DNA from: an uncultured Clostridia bacterium
Lineage (GTDB): Bacteria; Bacillota; Clostridia; TANB77; CAG-508
Reading direction: 5' to 3'
Length of the DNA stretch: 64,000 nucleotides
Assembly (NCBI GenBank): GCA_963931155.1
Contig: OZ006978.1
Coordinates: 1,300,692-1,364,691 of the forward strand
Both the position numbers and the translations under genes were made by a program. The notes beneath the pieces are model-generated. The model saw only the letters and a list, made by a program, of their open reading frames with translations, had not been told where the DNA came from and did not search any database. This document shows, piece after piece, positions 30,100 through 38,199 of this stretch; positions within the stretch are counted from its first letter, which is position 1; the number at the start of each line of letters is the position of its first letter.

Positions 30100-30543
30100 T
30101 TACTTCTTCCAGAAGTAGAGCTGGAGCTTCTCCTCATCCACCTTGACGATGACCGCCAAGAAGCGATCGTCCTCGAACAAGAACGTGTTTGCCGCCTTGT
30201 CGTTGCAGACTTCCCAGTGGTCGTCCTTGAAGTAGACGCCAGGTATGGCGGTAGGGTTCAGCATGTCGAAGCACGACAGCTTAACCTTGGTGTTGGGATA
30301 ATCGCAGATGGGGGTCAAGACATGAATCGCCGTAGCGATCTCGATGCCCGTGGTGCCGGTCGAGCCGAGGAGTGCATCCACGACATAGGGGTCGCAGTTG
30401 TATGCACATGTGCCCTCGTCATAGACCATGTAGGCGGTCCGGCTGCCCAGAATAGCTAGCACCTTGTCGGTGTTATCACTCTTCCGAGCGTAGTGAGAGA
30501 AGCAGTTGTGAGGACAATAGCCCTCAGATTCGAACTTAGCCAT
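30100..30543 (-). CDS. hypothetical Cys-rich protein (CPHNC ... CAYNC), 147 aa, GC-rich
   Basis: About 53 % GC against a ~28 % background. Perfect SD AAAGGAGG 8 nt upstream. Own promoter and terminator. Confidence 0.6.
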   Translation of the reverse strand: MAKFESEGYCPHNCFSHYARKSDNTDKVLAILGSRTAYMVYDEGTCAYNCDPYVVDALLGSTGTTGIEIATAIHVLTPICDYPNTKVKLSCFDMLNPTAIPGVYFKDDHWEVCNDKAANTFLFEDDRFLAVIVKVDEEKLQLYFWKK

Positions 30544-30619
30544 AGTTGTATACCTCCTTTAGTTGTAATGTGCCGATATGGCTAGTATCGACAATTGTAT
30601 CCCCATTTGGGGCTTACAA

Positions 30620-30652
30620 GTAAATTATACCACAATTAACATAAAAAGGCAA
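30620..30652 (-). promoter_or_regulatory. near-consensus sigma-A promoter with extended -10 (TTGCCT-17-TGGTATAAT)
   Basis: Read on the - strand upstream of the Cys-rich gene. A CCCCAAATGGGG hairpin sits in the 5' UTR. Confidence 0.55.
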
Positions 30653-30806
30653 ACTGACGAAGTATGTAAAAAAATTAAAAGTATAATTTTTAGGACTTTA
30701 TTAATAGAGTGATATAATTAAATATCACTTACATCTATATTCCTTGAAAACATAGGTAAATTATGGTAAAATAAATAATATAAATTGAAAAAATGGAGAT
30801 GAGCAT

Positions 30807-31802
30807 ATGGATAATTTTATTATAGATGAATTTGAAAATTCAAAGCCACCAAGAAAAGAGGAAGGCAAAAAACAACATTCGCTTGAAGGCAAAAGAAGAA
30901 AAAGTATTATAACAATATTTGAACAATCTGGTGGATTAATAGGACCAGAAGAAATTGCAGATGCTTTAGATATTGATTTAGAATTAGTGAAAAGAATATT
31001 AGGAGTAAGGAGAATAGAACAATATGAAATATTAGTAGGTAAAAAGAAACCTACTATACCTAAAAGAGATCGTAGGAAAAAAGCGAATCCATCTGAAGAA
31101 AAAGAAGAAGAAAAGTTAGATAGAATTATTATTGAAAGAAATAAAGAAATATTTGAATTAAGTACTCAAGGAATGAGTTTAGCTGAAATTCATGAAAAAA
31201 CAGGAATAAGCATAGATTTATTAAAAGAAATATATATGTCTTTAGGATTAAATATATATACTGACGAGGAAATAGAAGAGATGAGAAGACAAGCTGAATC
31301 TGTTAGCCAAAATCCAAAAACAGTTATTGCGCCAGAGACTACTGAGAAAAGTGCGAGTGGAGTAAAAGGAGAGATAAAAGCAGATAGCAAAAAAATGGAC
31401 AGAGCTATAGATTTGCAAGAAGGTGGTAAAACTAAAGAATACGGAGAAAGCAGAGTTCAAGAAGAAGTGGATAGTGAAAAGGTAAGTTCAAAAGGAGATG
31501 TAGATGAGCAAGAAAATGGTGAAGAAGGAAATTCTAAAAATAAAGAACAAGAACTTGAAGAATTAAAAGCTAAAATAACAAGTTATGGAGACATTGGAAA
31601 AATGATAAAAGGATTTATAGCAGAGGGGAGAATTGAAGATGCAATAAAATATGGCAAATATTTTATGAACAATTCAGACTTTTTAACAAAAATAGAAAAA
31701 GATAATTTATTTGTTTTAATAGAATATATGAAATCAATAAAAACACAACATTTTCAACCACGTTGTATGGGAGAAATTTCAGATGAAGAAGAAATGAGAT
31801 AA
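30807..31802 (+). CDS. K/R-rich protein with two DeoR-like HTH modules
   Basis: HTH modules (SIITIFEQSGGLIGPEEIADALDIDLELVKRIL; EIFELSTQGMSLAEIHEKTGISIDLLKEI). C-terminal region similar to that of the 33308 protein. Confidence 0.6.
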   Translation: MDNFIIDEFENSKPPRKEEGKKQHSLEGKRRKSIITIFEQSGGLIGPEEIADALDIDLELVKRILGVRRIEQYEILVGKKKPTIPKRDRRKKANPSEEKEEEKLDRIIIERNKEIFELSTQGMSLAEIHEKTGISIDLLKEIYMSLGLNIYTDEEIEEMRRQAESVSQNPKTVIAPETTEKSASGVKGEIKADSKKMDRAIDLQEGGKTKEYGESRVQEEVDSEKVSSKGDVDEQENGEEGNSKNKEQELEELKAKITSYGDIGKMIKGFIAEGRIEDAIKYGKYFMNNSDFLTKIEKDNLFVLIEYMKSIKTQHFQPRCMGEISDEEEMR

Positions 31803-31823
31803 AAAGTTGATTAAAAGCATATA

Positions 31824-31852
31824 ATTGACAATTTACATAAAACATACTATAA
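31824..31852 (+). promoter_or_regulatory. consensus sigma-A promoter TTGACA-17-TATAAT
   Basis: Exact consensus hexamers with 17-nt spacing, about 95 nt upstream of the GC-rich ORF at 31948. Confidence 0.6.
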
Positions 31853-31947
31853 TAAAGAATAAGCCTTAAAAGGCATAGTAGCAAGCATAAAAGTTAGGAG
31901 GACAACCTAGTAAGGTTTGTAGTATTGAACAGTAAAAAAGGAGAAAA

Positions 31948-32475
31948 ATGAGTAGTGTAGTTGTGAGGTTTAAAGAGGAGATGACTTTTCCTCACGTAGA
32001 AGATGCAGGTAAAATCAAATGGCGGGGAGGTTATATCCTAGATGATGTCACAGGAATCCTGGAAGGATACATCGAGGAAGACATCAATGGGGTTCCCGCT
32101 GATGAACAGCGCCGTGCATGGATTTTAGGAATTTGCAAAGGTGCTAGATGGTGCTTCAACTGGTTCGGAAGTAAGAACTTTGACTTCCCTATCACAATCA
32201 GATTCTTTGATGGCAATTTGAACGAGGGAATTCTAGTAGCACTAGGGTCGAAAGACGATAGAAACATTGATATGATTGAAGTCGGCTATTCGACTATTCA
32301 AGCGACAAGACTATCCGGAGAGTGCACAGAAGCAAAAGAAGTAATCAAGAGCATCGTTGAAGATATTAAGGACAGTATCTATCTCCCTGAATTTGACATA
32401 ACAGCTATTGCCCTAAATGATATTGATAATTGGGCTAAATCCTACTACCGACGGAAGACGGGACGTCCTTGGTAA
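31948..32475 (+). CDS. hypothetical protein, 175 aa, GC-rich, no recognised family
   Basis: About 43 % GC. Strong SD AAAAGGAG. Followed by a cctcctttttaggagg hairpin. Confidence 0.6.
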   Translation: MSSVVVRFKEEMTFPHVEDAGKIKWRGGYILDDVTGILEGYIEEDINGVPADEQRRAWILGICKGARWCFNWFGSKNFDFPITIRFFDGNLNEGILVALGSKDDRNIDMIEVGYSTIQATRLSGECTEAKEVIKSIVEDIKDSIYLPEFDITAIALNDIDNWAKSYYRRKTGRPW

Positions 32476-32551
32476 CTAACGGTGCTAACAAAAAAAGAAC
32501 AATGTTCTTTTCCTCCTTTTTAGGAGGTTTTTCTTTTTGTCTTTTTAATGA

Positions 32552-32767
32552 TATAATAGGAATTCCTTCTTATAGTCGGAAACCTAAATTGGCAAGAACA
32601 AAGAACAAGGTTGCCCCCTTGTTCTTTGTTCTTAGTTCTGTAATAGGAAATTTCTCCGAAATTCCTATTACAGAAAAAGGCTATAATCGCTATTGCCTTT
32701 GAGATTTCCTCCTTGACGTCGGAAACTCAAATCGGCAAGAACAAAGGGCGACTGCGTCGCTTTGTTC
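32552..32767 (+). repeat. MITE/PATE-like element: diverged core + 32-nt palindrome + full core, abutting the ssrA 3' end
   Basis: Same hairpin and core as at 28512-28672. The partial core keeps the terminal stem through covarying changes. Confidence 0.6.
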
Positions 32768-32782
32768 AAATCAAAATGTAAT

Positions 32783-33142
32783 TGGTGGAGATGAGGAGAG
32801 TCGAACTCCTGTCCAATAATCCTTCCACATGAACTTCTCCGAGTGCAGTTTGTTAAAAAAATTCCCTAAAAAGAAATTAACAAACAAATTTGTTTTTTAG
32901 GTAGTCAAATAAATACCCTTCATTCCTATGACACGGAAATAAATTCGTTTCCCACATATATGACGTTTTATCTAAAGCTGTGGGGAGCTAAAGAAAAACG
33001 AGCTACTAATCTTAAGCAGCGTAAGCTAATTCTTTATTATCAGCGTTTATATTTAAATTTCGCTTTTTTATAGTGGCCAAAGCGACCATCCACTACTCGC
33101 TATTCATACTTCTGGGTTATTGTCGAAACCAAATACATCCCC
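32783..33142 (-). ncRNA. ssrA: tmRNA (ssrA)
   Basis: On the - strand: 5' GGGGAUGUAUUUGGUUUCGACA, 3' GGAGUUCGACUCUCCUCAUCUCCACCA (T-arm and acceptor). Internal tag ORF reads ...GCU GAU AAU AAA GAA UUA GCU UAC GCU GCU UAA. Confidence 0.9.
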
Positions 33143-33307
33143 ATAAAAAGTACAATAATAATTATACTATAATTATAAAAAAAAAACAAGATATATGATT
33201 ATTACAAACTAAATATTATTTGTAATGTTCATATGATTTATTTACTTGAAAAAAGTATTTGAAAATGTTATTATAATTATGTAAATTAATTATAGGGAGA
33301 AAATCGA

Positions 33308-34768
33308 ATGCCAACTAAATTAGATGAAACAGGAGATAGAAGAAAACAAATATTAGAATTATTAAACGAACAAGGTAGAACTATAGAAGAAGTTTATACT
33401 TTTTTTAGTAATGTACCTCATAATGTAATTGAAAGGGATATAAGATATCTTATTAGAAATAAATTATATCAGCCATATAATATAATATTGAGTAGAAAAA
33501 TAGAAAATGATAATAGTAGAAGTGGAGAAAAAACAGATACAAATAGTGAAACTGAAGGCAACGTTGAGAACACAGAAAAAGAAGATAATTTAACAAGACA
33601 AGGAAGACGACCAACAAGAAGGAAAAAAAAGAAATCACCATTTGATGCTAAAACAAGAAGAGAGAAAGTATTACAAAGATTAAAAAACACTTTAAAAACG
33701 CAAGAACAAATTGCATCAGAATTAGGAGTATCAAAGGGAGTAATTTCTACTGATATACAATTTTTTATAATAAGTGGAATTATAACACCAGAAGAACATA
33801 AAACTAGAAAAAAACAAATAAAACAATTGGCTAAACATAAAAAATCACCCCAAATAGAACAAAGAAGGAAGCAAATATTAGAGTTAATACATAGTACAAA
33901 TATGACACAGAAACAAATAGGAAAAGAAATAGGTTTATCGCAAACAGCGGTTTCGAAAGAAATAAGATATTTAGTAAGTATGGGATTAATATCACAAGAA
34001 ACTTTGGAAAATAGAAAAAAACAATACAAAAGAAATAAAAAAGTAAGAAGTATTACACCAAAAAAGAAAAAAGAGCGAAAAGCATCGAATATGAAAAGAA
34101 AGAGAATAGGGCAAGTGTTGTATTTAATAAAAAATAAATATATGGCTCAAAGTGAGATAGCTGTATTACTAGGAGTATCAAGAAAAACTATATGTAAAGA
34201 TGTAGAATACTTAGTGGAAACAGGTATGCTAAAAAAAGAAGAAGTACAAAGTGCGGCAAAAAAAAGAGTACAAATAAGAAGAACAAGAGTAATTGAATTA
34301 ATAAGAAGAGGAAAATTACCTAAAGTTTTAAGAAAGAGTATTGCAGAAGAATTAGGTGCTGGAACAGCTACTATTTCTGTGGATGTAAAAGTTCTAATAG
34401 AGCAAGGTTTGATTGAAGAAGACGAAAAAGGAGAGTTAAGAGTAGTAGAATCTAAGATTGCAGAGAGTGAATTACTATCAGATGCATTATATTTAGAACA
34501 ACAAGAACAAGAGGAAGATAGTTTAAGTATGACTTCAGAAGAAAAAGAATGTTTATTGATGATGTTTAGACAAATAAGAAAATTGTCATTTGGGGGAAAT
34601 TTAGATAAGGCAATTAGAAATCTAGGATTGGTAAAAGAAATGTTTGGTTTTTCTAAAGAAAAATTAAAACAATTAGAAGATATAGAAAGTTTTTTAAGAG
34701 AAGAAAGCAATAAAAAACAAAAAAATGCTGACAGAAAAGCATCTGGAGAGGAGATAGGAGATAGATAG
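33308..34768 (+). CDS. protein built from five tandem DeoR-like winged-HTH modules separated by K/R-rich linkers
   Basis: Repeated R(R/K)KQILEL(L/I)... followed by HTH (TQEQIASELGVSKGVISTDIQ; TQKQIGKEIGLSQTAVSKEIRYL; AQSEIAVLLGVSRKTICKDVEYL; SIAEELGAGTATISVDVKVL). Confidence 0.65.
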   Translation: MPTKLDETGDRRKQILELLNEQGRTIEEVYTFFSNVPHNVIERDIRYLIRNKLYQPYNIILSRKIENDNSRSGEKTDTNSETEGNVENTEKEDNLTRQGRRPTRRKKKKSPFDAKTRREKVLQRLKNTLKTQEQIASELGVSKGVISTDIQFFIISGIITPEEHKTRKKQIKQLAKHKKSPQIEQRRKQILELIHSTNMTQKQIGKEIGLSQTAVSKEIRYLVSMGLISQETLENRKKQYKRNKKVRSITPKKKKERKASNMKRKRIGQVLYLIKNKYMAQSEIAVLLGVSRKTICKDVEYLVETGMLKKEEVQSAAKKRVQIRRTRVIELIRRGKLPKVLRKSIAEELGAGTATISVDVKVLIEQGLIEEDEKGELRVVESKIAESELLSDALYLEQQEQEEDSLSMTSEEKECLLMMFRQIRKLSFGGNLDKAIRNLGLVKEMFGFSKEKLKQLEDIESFLREESNKKQKNADRKASGEEIGDR

Positions 34769-34832
34769 ATTGTGTTTTATGTGAAATTGTGGTAAAATAT
34801 AATATAGGTACCCAAACATTGGAGGTATTACA

Positions 34833-35300
34833 ATGGAAGATCTGGAACTGGCAAATGTGGTTCTGGAAACAGTCCAACCGTGTGACGATGCAGAAGAGTT
34901 CTTCTACATCGCACAAGAAGGAGGTGTTAGAGAGTACGTCGGATTCATGTATCCAACTAGTCTGGAAAAGGCACGAGAAATCTTGGAGTTCTTGTGCGAT
35001 ATGAGATTCGAGTGCTTCAAGATTGTTGAGGAAGATACAGGTGACATGGTCGGAATCATTTTCGGCGACCCCCTAACCAGTACTATACTGGATGTTTCAT
35101 ACTTCATCGGTGATGAGTATCGATGCATGGGGTACTGCTCATCAGCTGTACGGCAGTTCGAAGAGTATCTGAGGGAGGAGACTTGCTACACAACCATGAG
35201 ATTCTTCGTAAGAGAAGATAACGCGGAGTCTCAGGGCGTGATGAACAAGCTTGGAATCCCTAATGCTTTCGGCAATGTCTACATGCTCGACCTTGACTAA
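34833..35300 (+). CDS. GNAT family N-acetyltransferase, GC-rich
   Basis: About 47 % GC. GNAT motifs (VGIIFGDP, YFIGDEYRCMGYCSSAVRQFEEYL, EDNAESQGVMNKLG). SD GGAGG and a TGG-extended -10. Confidence 0.7.
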   Translation: MEDLELANVVLETVQPCDDAEEFFYIAQEGGVREYVGFMYPTSLEKAREILEFLCDMRFECFKIVEEDTGDMVGIIFGDPLTSTILDVSYFIGDEYRCMGYCSSAVRQFEEYLREETCYTTMRFFVREDNAESQGVMNKLGIPNAFGNVYMLDLD

Positions 35301-35310
35301 CACTTCTCAA

Positions 35311-35352
35311 GCAGGGTGTCATGCTCCCAAAAGAGCATGGCATCCTGTTTTA
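35311..35352 (+). terminator. GC-rich terminator of the GNAT gene
   Basis: cagggtgtcatgctc-ccaaaa-gagcatggcatcctg followed by tttt. Confidence 0.6.
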
Positions 35353-35466
35353 AAATATTCTAAAAAAATTATCAAAAATTGTTTACTTTTGTAACTTTTA
35401 AGTATACAATATACATAGTTAATTTTAAGAGAGAATCAAAAGAAAAAATGAAAGGGGCTATTGCCA

Positions 35467-36759
35467 ATGAAAATATTAATGTTAACCTGGGAGTATCCAC
35501 CAAGAATAGTTGGAGGAATAGCTAGAGTTGTGCATGATTTATCAAAAAGATTAATAAAAGATGGTCATGAAGTAACAGTAGTAACATATAAAGATGGAAA
35601 TGTGCCATATTATGAAAATGATAAGGGTGTTGATGTATATAGAGTAGATAACTATATGATTCATCCTAATAATTTTATAGATTGGATATTACAACTTAAT
35701 TTTAATTTGGCTTCAAAAGCATCAGAAATAATAAATAAAAATGGAAAATTTGATGTAATACATGCACATGATTGGTTAGTGGCAAATGCTGCAAAAACAT
35801 TAAAAAATGCATATGATATTCCACTTGTTTCTACAATTCATGCAACGGAATCGGGAAGAAATGCAGGAATTCATGATGAAACACAAAGATATATAAATGA
35901 TACAGAATGGCTTTTAACATATGAGTCTACAGAAGTTATTGTTAATAGCAATTATATGAAAGGACATGTACAAGGATTATTTGGACTTCCTTTTGATAAA
36001 ATAAATGTAGTACCAAACGGAATTAATTTAAATAACTTTAATGGAATAGATAGAGATTATGATTTTAGAAGACAATATGCAATGGATAATGAAAAAATCA
36101 TACTTTATTTAGGTAGATTAGTATATGAAAAAGGAGTACAACATTTAATTTCAGCTATGCCAAAAATACTTTCAAATTATCATGATGCTAAATTGATAAT
36201 AGCTGGAAAAGGTGGAATGTTAGATGAATTAAAAGCACAAGCAAACAATATGGGGCTTTCAAATAAGGTGTATTTTACAGGTTATTTAAGTGGAAAACAA
36301 GTTCAAAAAATGTATAAATGTGCAGATGTTGCTGTATTTCCAAGTACATATGAACCATTTGGAATAGTTGCCTTAGAAGCAATGCTTGCTGGTGTACCTA
36401 CAGTTGTATCTGATATAGGTGGACTAAATGAAATAGTAGATCATAGAGTTAATGGAATGAAGAGTTATGCAGGAAATCCAAATTCAATTGCTGATTCTGT
36501 TTTAAGCTTATTATTTGATGCAGGACTTGCATCTAATTGTGCTAAGAAAGCAAAACAAAAGGTAAAAGAAGAATATAATTGGAATAAAATTGCACAAGAT
36601 ACTCATTATATATATGAAAAAGCTATATGTAAGACAATGGCACAAAGACAAGCTGAACAAATGGCACAAGAAAAAGCTAAGAAAACAACTAAAGCTAAAA
36701 ATACAGAAAAAGAAATTACAAATTTATTAAGTTTCAAAAAGAAACATGCATATGCATAA
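35467..36759 (+). CDS. glycosyltransferase family 4
   Basis: N-terminal MLTWEYPPRIVGGIARVV (GT4 glycine-rich motif) and a GT-B C-terminal domain. Confidence 0.8.
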   Translation: MKILMLTWEYPPRIVGGIARVVHDLSKRLIKDGHEVTVVTYKDGNVPYYENDKGVDVYRVDNYMIHPNNFIDWILQLNFNLASKASEIINKNGKFDVIHAHDWLVANAAKTLKNAYDIPLVSTIHATESGRNAGIHDETQRYINDTEWLLTYESTEVIVNSNYMKGHVQGLFGLPFDKINVVPNGINLNNFNGIDRDYDFRRQYAMDNEKIILYLGRLVYEKGVQHLISAMPKILSNYHDAKLIIAGKGGMLDELKAQANNMGLSNKVYFTGYLSGKQVQKMYKCADVAVFPSTYEPFGIVALEAMLAGVPTVVSDIGGLNEIVDHRVNGMKSYAGNPNSIADSVLSLLFDAGLASNCAKKAKQKVKEEYNWNKIAQDTHYIYEKAICKTMAQRQAEQMAQEKAKKTTKAKNTEKEITNLLSFKKKHAYA

Positions 36760-36792
36760 AAACGATATAAACATAAGGAAGGTAGAAAATAG

Positions 36793-37134
36793 ATGAATGT
36801 ATATGATACAGCAAATAGATTAGCTTATGAAATTCAAGAGTCAGATGAATATAAGCAATACAAAAAACTAAAAGATAGTGTAATGTCAGATAATGCAAAA
36901 AAGAATAAAATAGAAGAATTTGAAAAATTAAGATATGATGTTCAACTAATGGCTTATACAGGAGAAAATAATGATGAAGAAAAACAAGAAAAAACAAAAA
37001 AATTAGAAGAAATGTATAGAATGTTAGTTGAGGATAAACAAGTAAAAGAATATTTTGATTTAGAAGTGAAATTTAACGTCATGATAGCAGATGTAAACAA
37101 GATAATAGCAGAGGCAATACGAGACGTACTATAA
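36793..37134 (+). CDS. YlbF/YmcA family (UPF0342) protein
   Basis: 113 aa matching the family pattern (ANRLAYEIQESDEYKQYKKLKDSV). Confidence 0.7.
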   Translation: MNVYDTANRLAYEIQESDEYKQYKKLKDSVMSDNAKKNKIEEFEKLRYDVQLMAYTGENNDEEKQEKTKKLEEMYRMLVEDKQVKEYFDLEVKFNVMIADVNKIIAEAIRDVL

Positions 37135-37189
37135 AACTATTTTAATTTGGTCGAATATATAAATTTTATTATATATTGAACATATTGTT

Positions 37190-37235
37190 AGGAGCTTTTG
37201 ATATGTATTTAATGCATATCAAAAGCTTTTAACGT
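37190..37235 (+). terminator. rho-independent terminator
   Basis: Perfect 13-bp stem agcttttgatatg/catatcaaaagct. Confidence 0.6.
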
Positions 37236-37296
37236 TTAAAAATATATAACATAAGAACAAATAAAATATTTTATAAGAAAAAGAGAGGAGAAATAA

Positions 37297-38064
37297 ATGT
37301 TGTACTATATTTTTACAATTGTATTTTGCATAATTGCAATAATTACATTAAAAATTGGATTTAACATAAAATTAAAAGATGTAAAACAAATAAAAGAATT
37401 AGGATATGATAAGAACTTAAACAATATTGCAAACAAATTTCCAGAAAATAAAGAAATATGTGAAAAAATATTAAAAAAATTAGGAAATAAAACAGTAAAG
37501 GTTGAAGAAAACAAAGAGTCAAAGGCAAGCTTGTATATAGCAGTAACAAATAAAATAATTATTGCAAATATAAAAGATACTTTTACAAGGATACAAACAA
37601 TAGCGCATGAATGTTTACATTCTGTGCAAAATAGAAAAATTTTATTATTTAATTTTATTTTTTCAAATATTTATATTATATATTTTGTAGCATCTTTAAT
37701 ATTAATATTTTTTAGAGTTGGGGAAAAATATTTTAATACATATATGTATATACAAATATATTATATATTAACATTGATATATATAGGAATAAGAACATAT
37801 TTAGAAAATGAAGCAATGAGTAAGGCAATGTATGTGGCTAAGGAGTATATGGAAGAATATAAAGTTACAAAAGACCAATGTGAAGCAAATAAAAATATGA
37901 AGGCTAGTGAAAAAAATAAAAGTGAAATTAAAAGTGAAGATATACAAAAGCTTGTAAAAGGTTTTGTAGAAATAAATAGGGTAGGAATACCATTTACAAA
38001 TTTTTATTTAATAACACTTTGCTTATTAAAAATAATATTGTTATGTGTTGTTGGATTGATTTAA
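37297..38064 (+). CDS. polytopic membrane protein with HExxH motif (putative zinc metallopeptidase)
   Basis: IAHECLHSVQ motif followed by hydrophobic helices. SD GAGAGGAG. Confidence 0.5.
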   Translation: MLYYIFTIVFCIIAIITLKIGFNIKLKDVKQIKELGYDKNLNNIANKFPENKEICEKILKKLGNKTVKVEENKESKASLYIAVTNKIIIANIKDTFTRIQTIAHECLHSVQNRKILLFNFIFSNIYIIYFVASLILIFFRVGEKYFNTYMYIQIYYILTLIYIGIRTYLENEAMSKAMYVAKEYMEEYKVTKDQCEANKNMKASEKNKSEIKSEDIQKLVKGFVEINRVGIPFTNFYLITLCLLKIILLCVVGLI

Positions 38065-38199
38065 ATTATAATGATATTAATTGGAAAAACTGACCATGTT
38101 TAGTGGTCAATTTTTTTATATTTTACCCCTTTAAAAAAAACATAATTTGTAGTAAAATATATAGTATATTGTGTTTTAAGGAGTTTTTAATGAATAAAA

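Noticed and set aside
30001-30459. 152-aa + strand ORF antisense to the Cys-rich gene
   Set aside because: It lies entirely inside the GC-rich region where stop codons are rare. It has no SD. The - strand ORF has a perfect SD, promoter and terminator.
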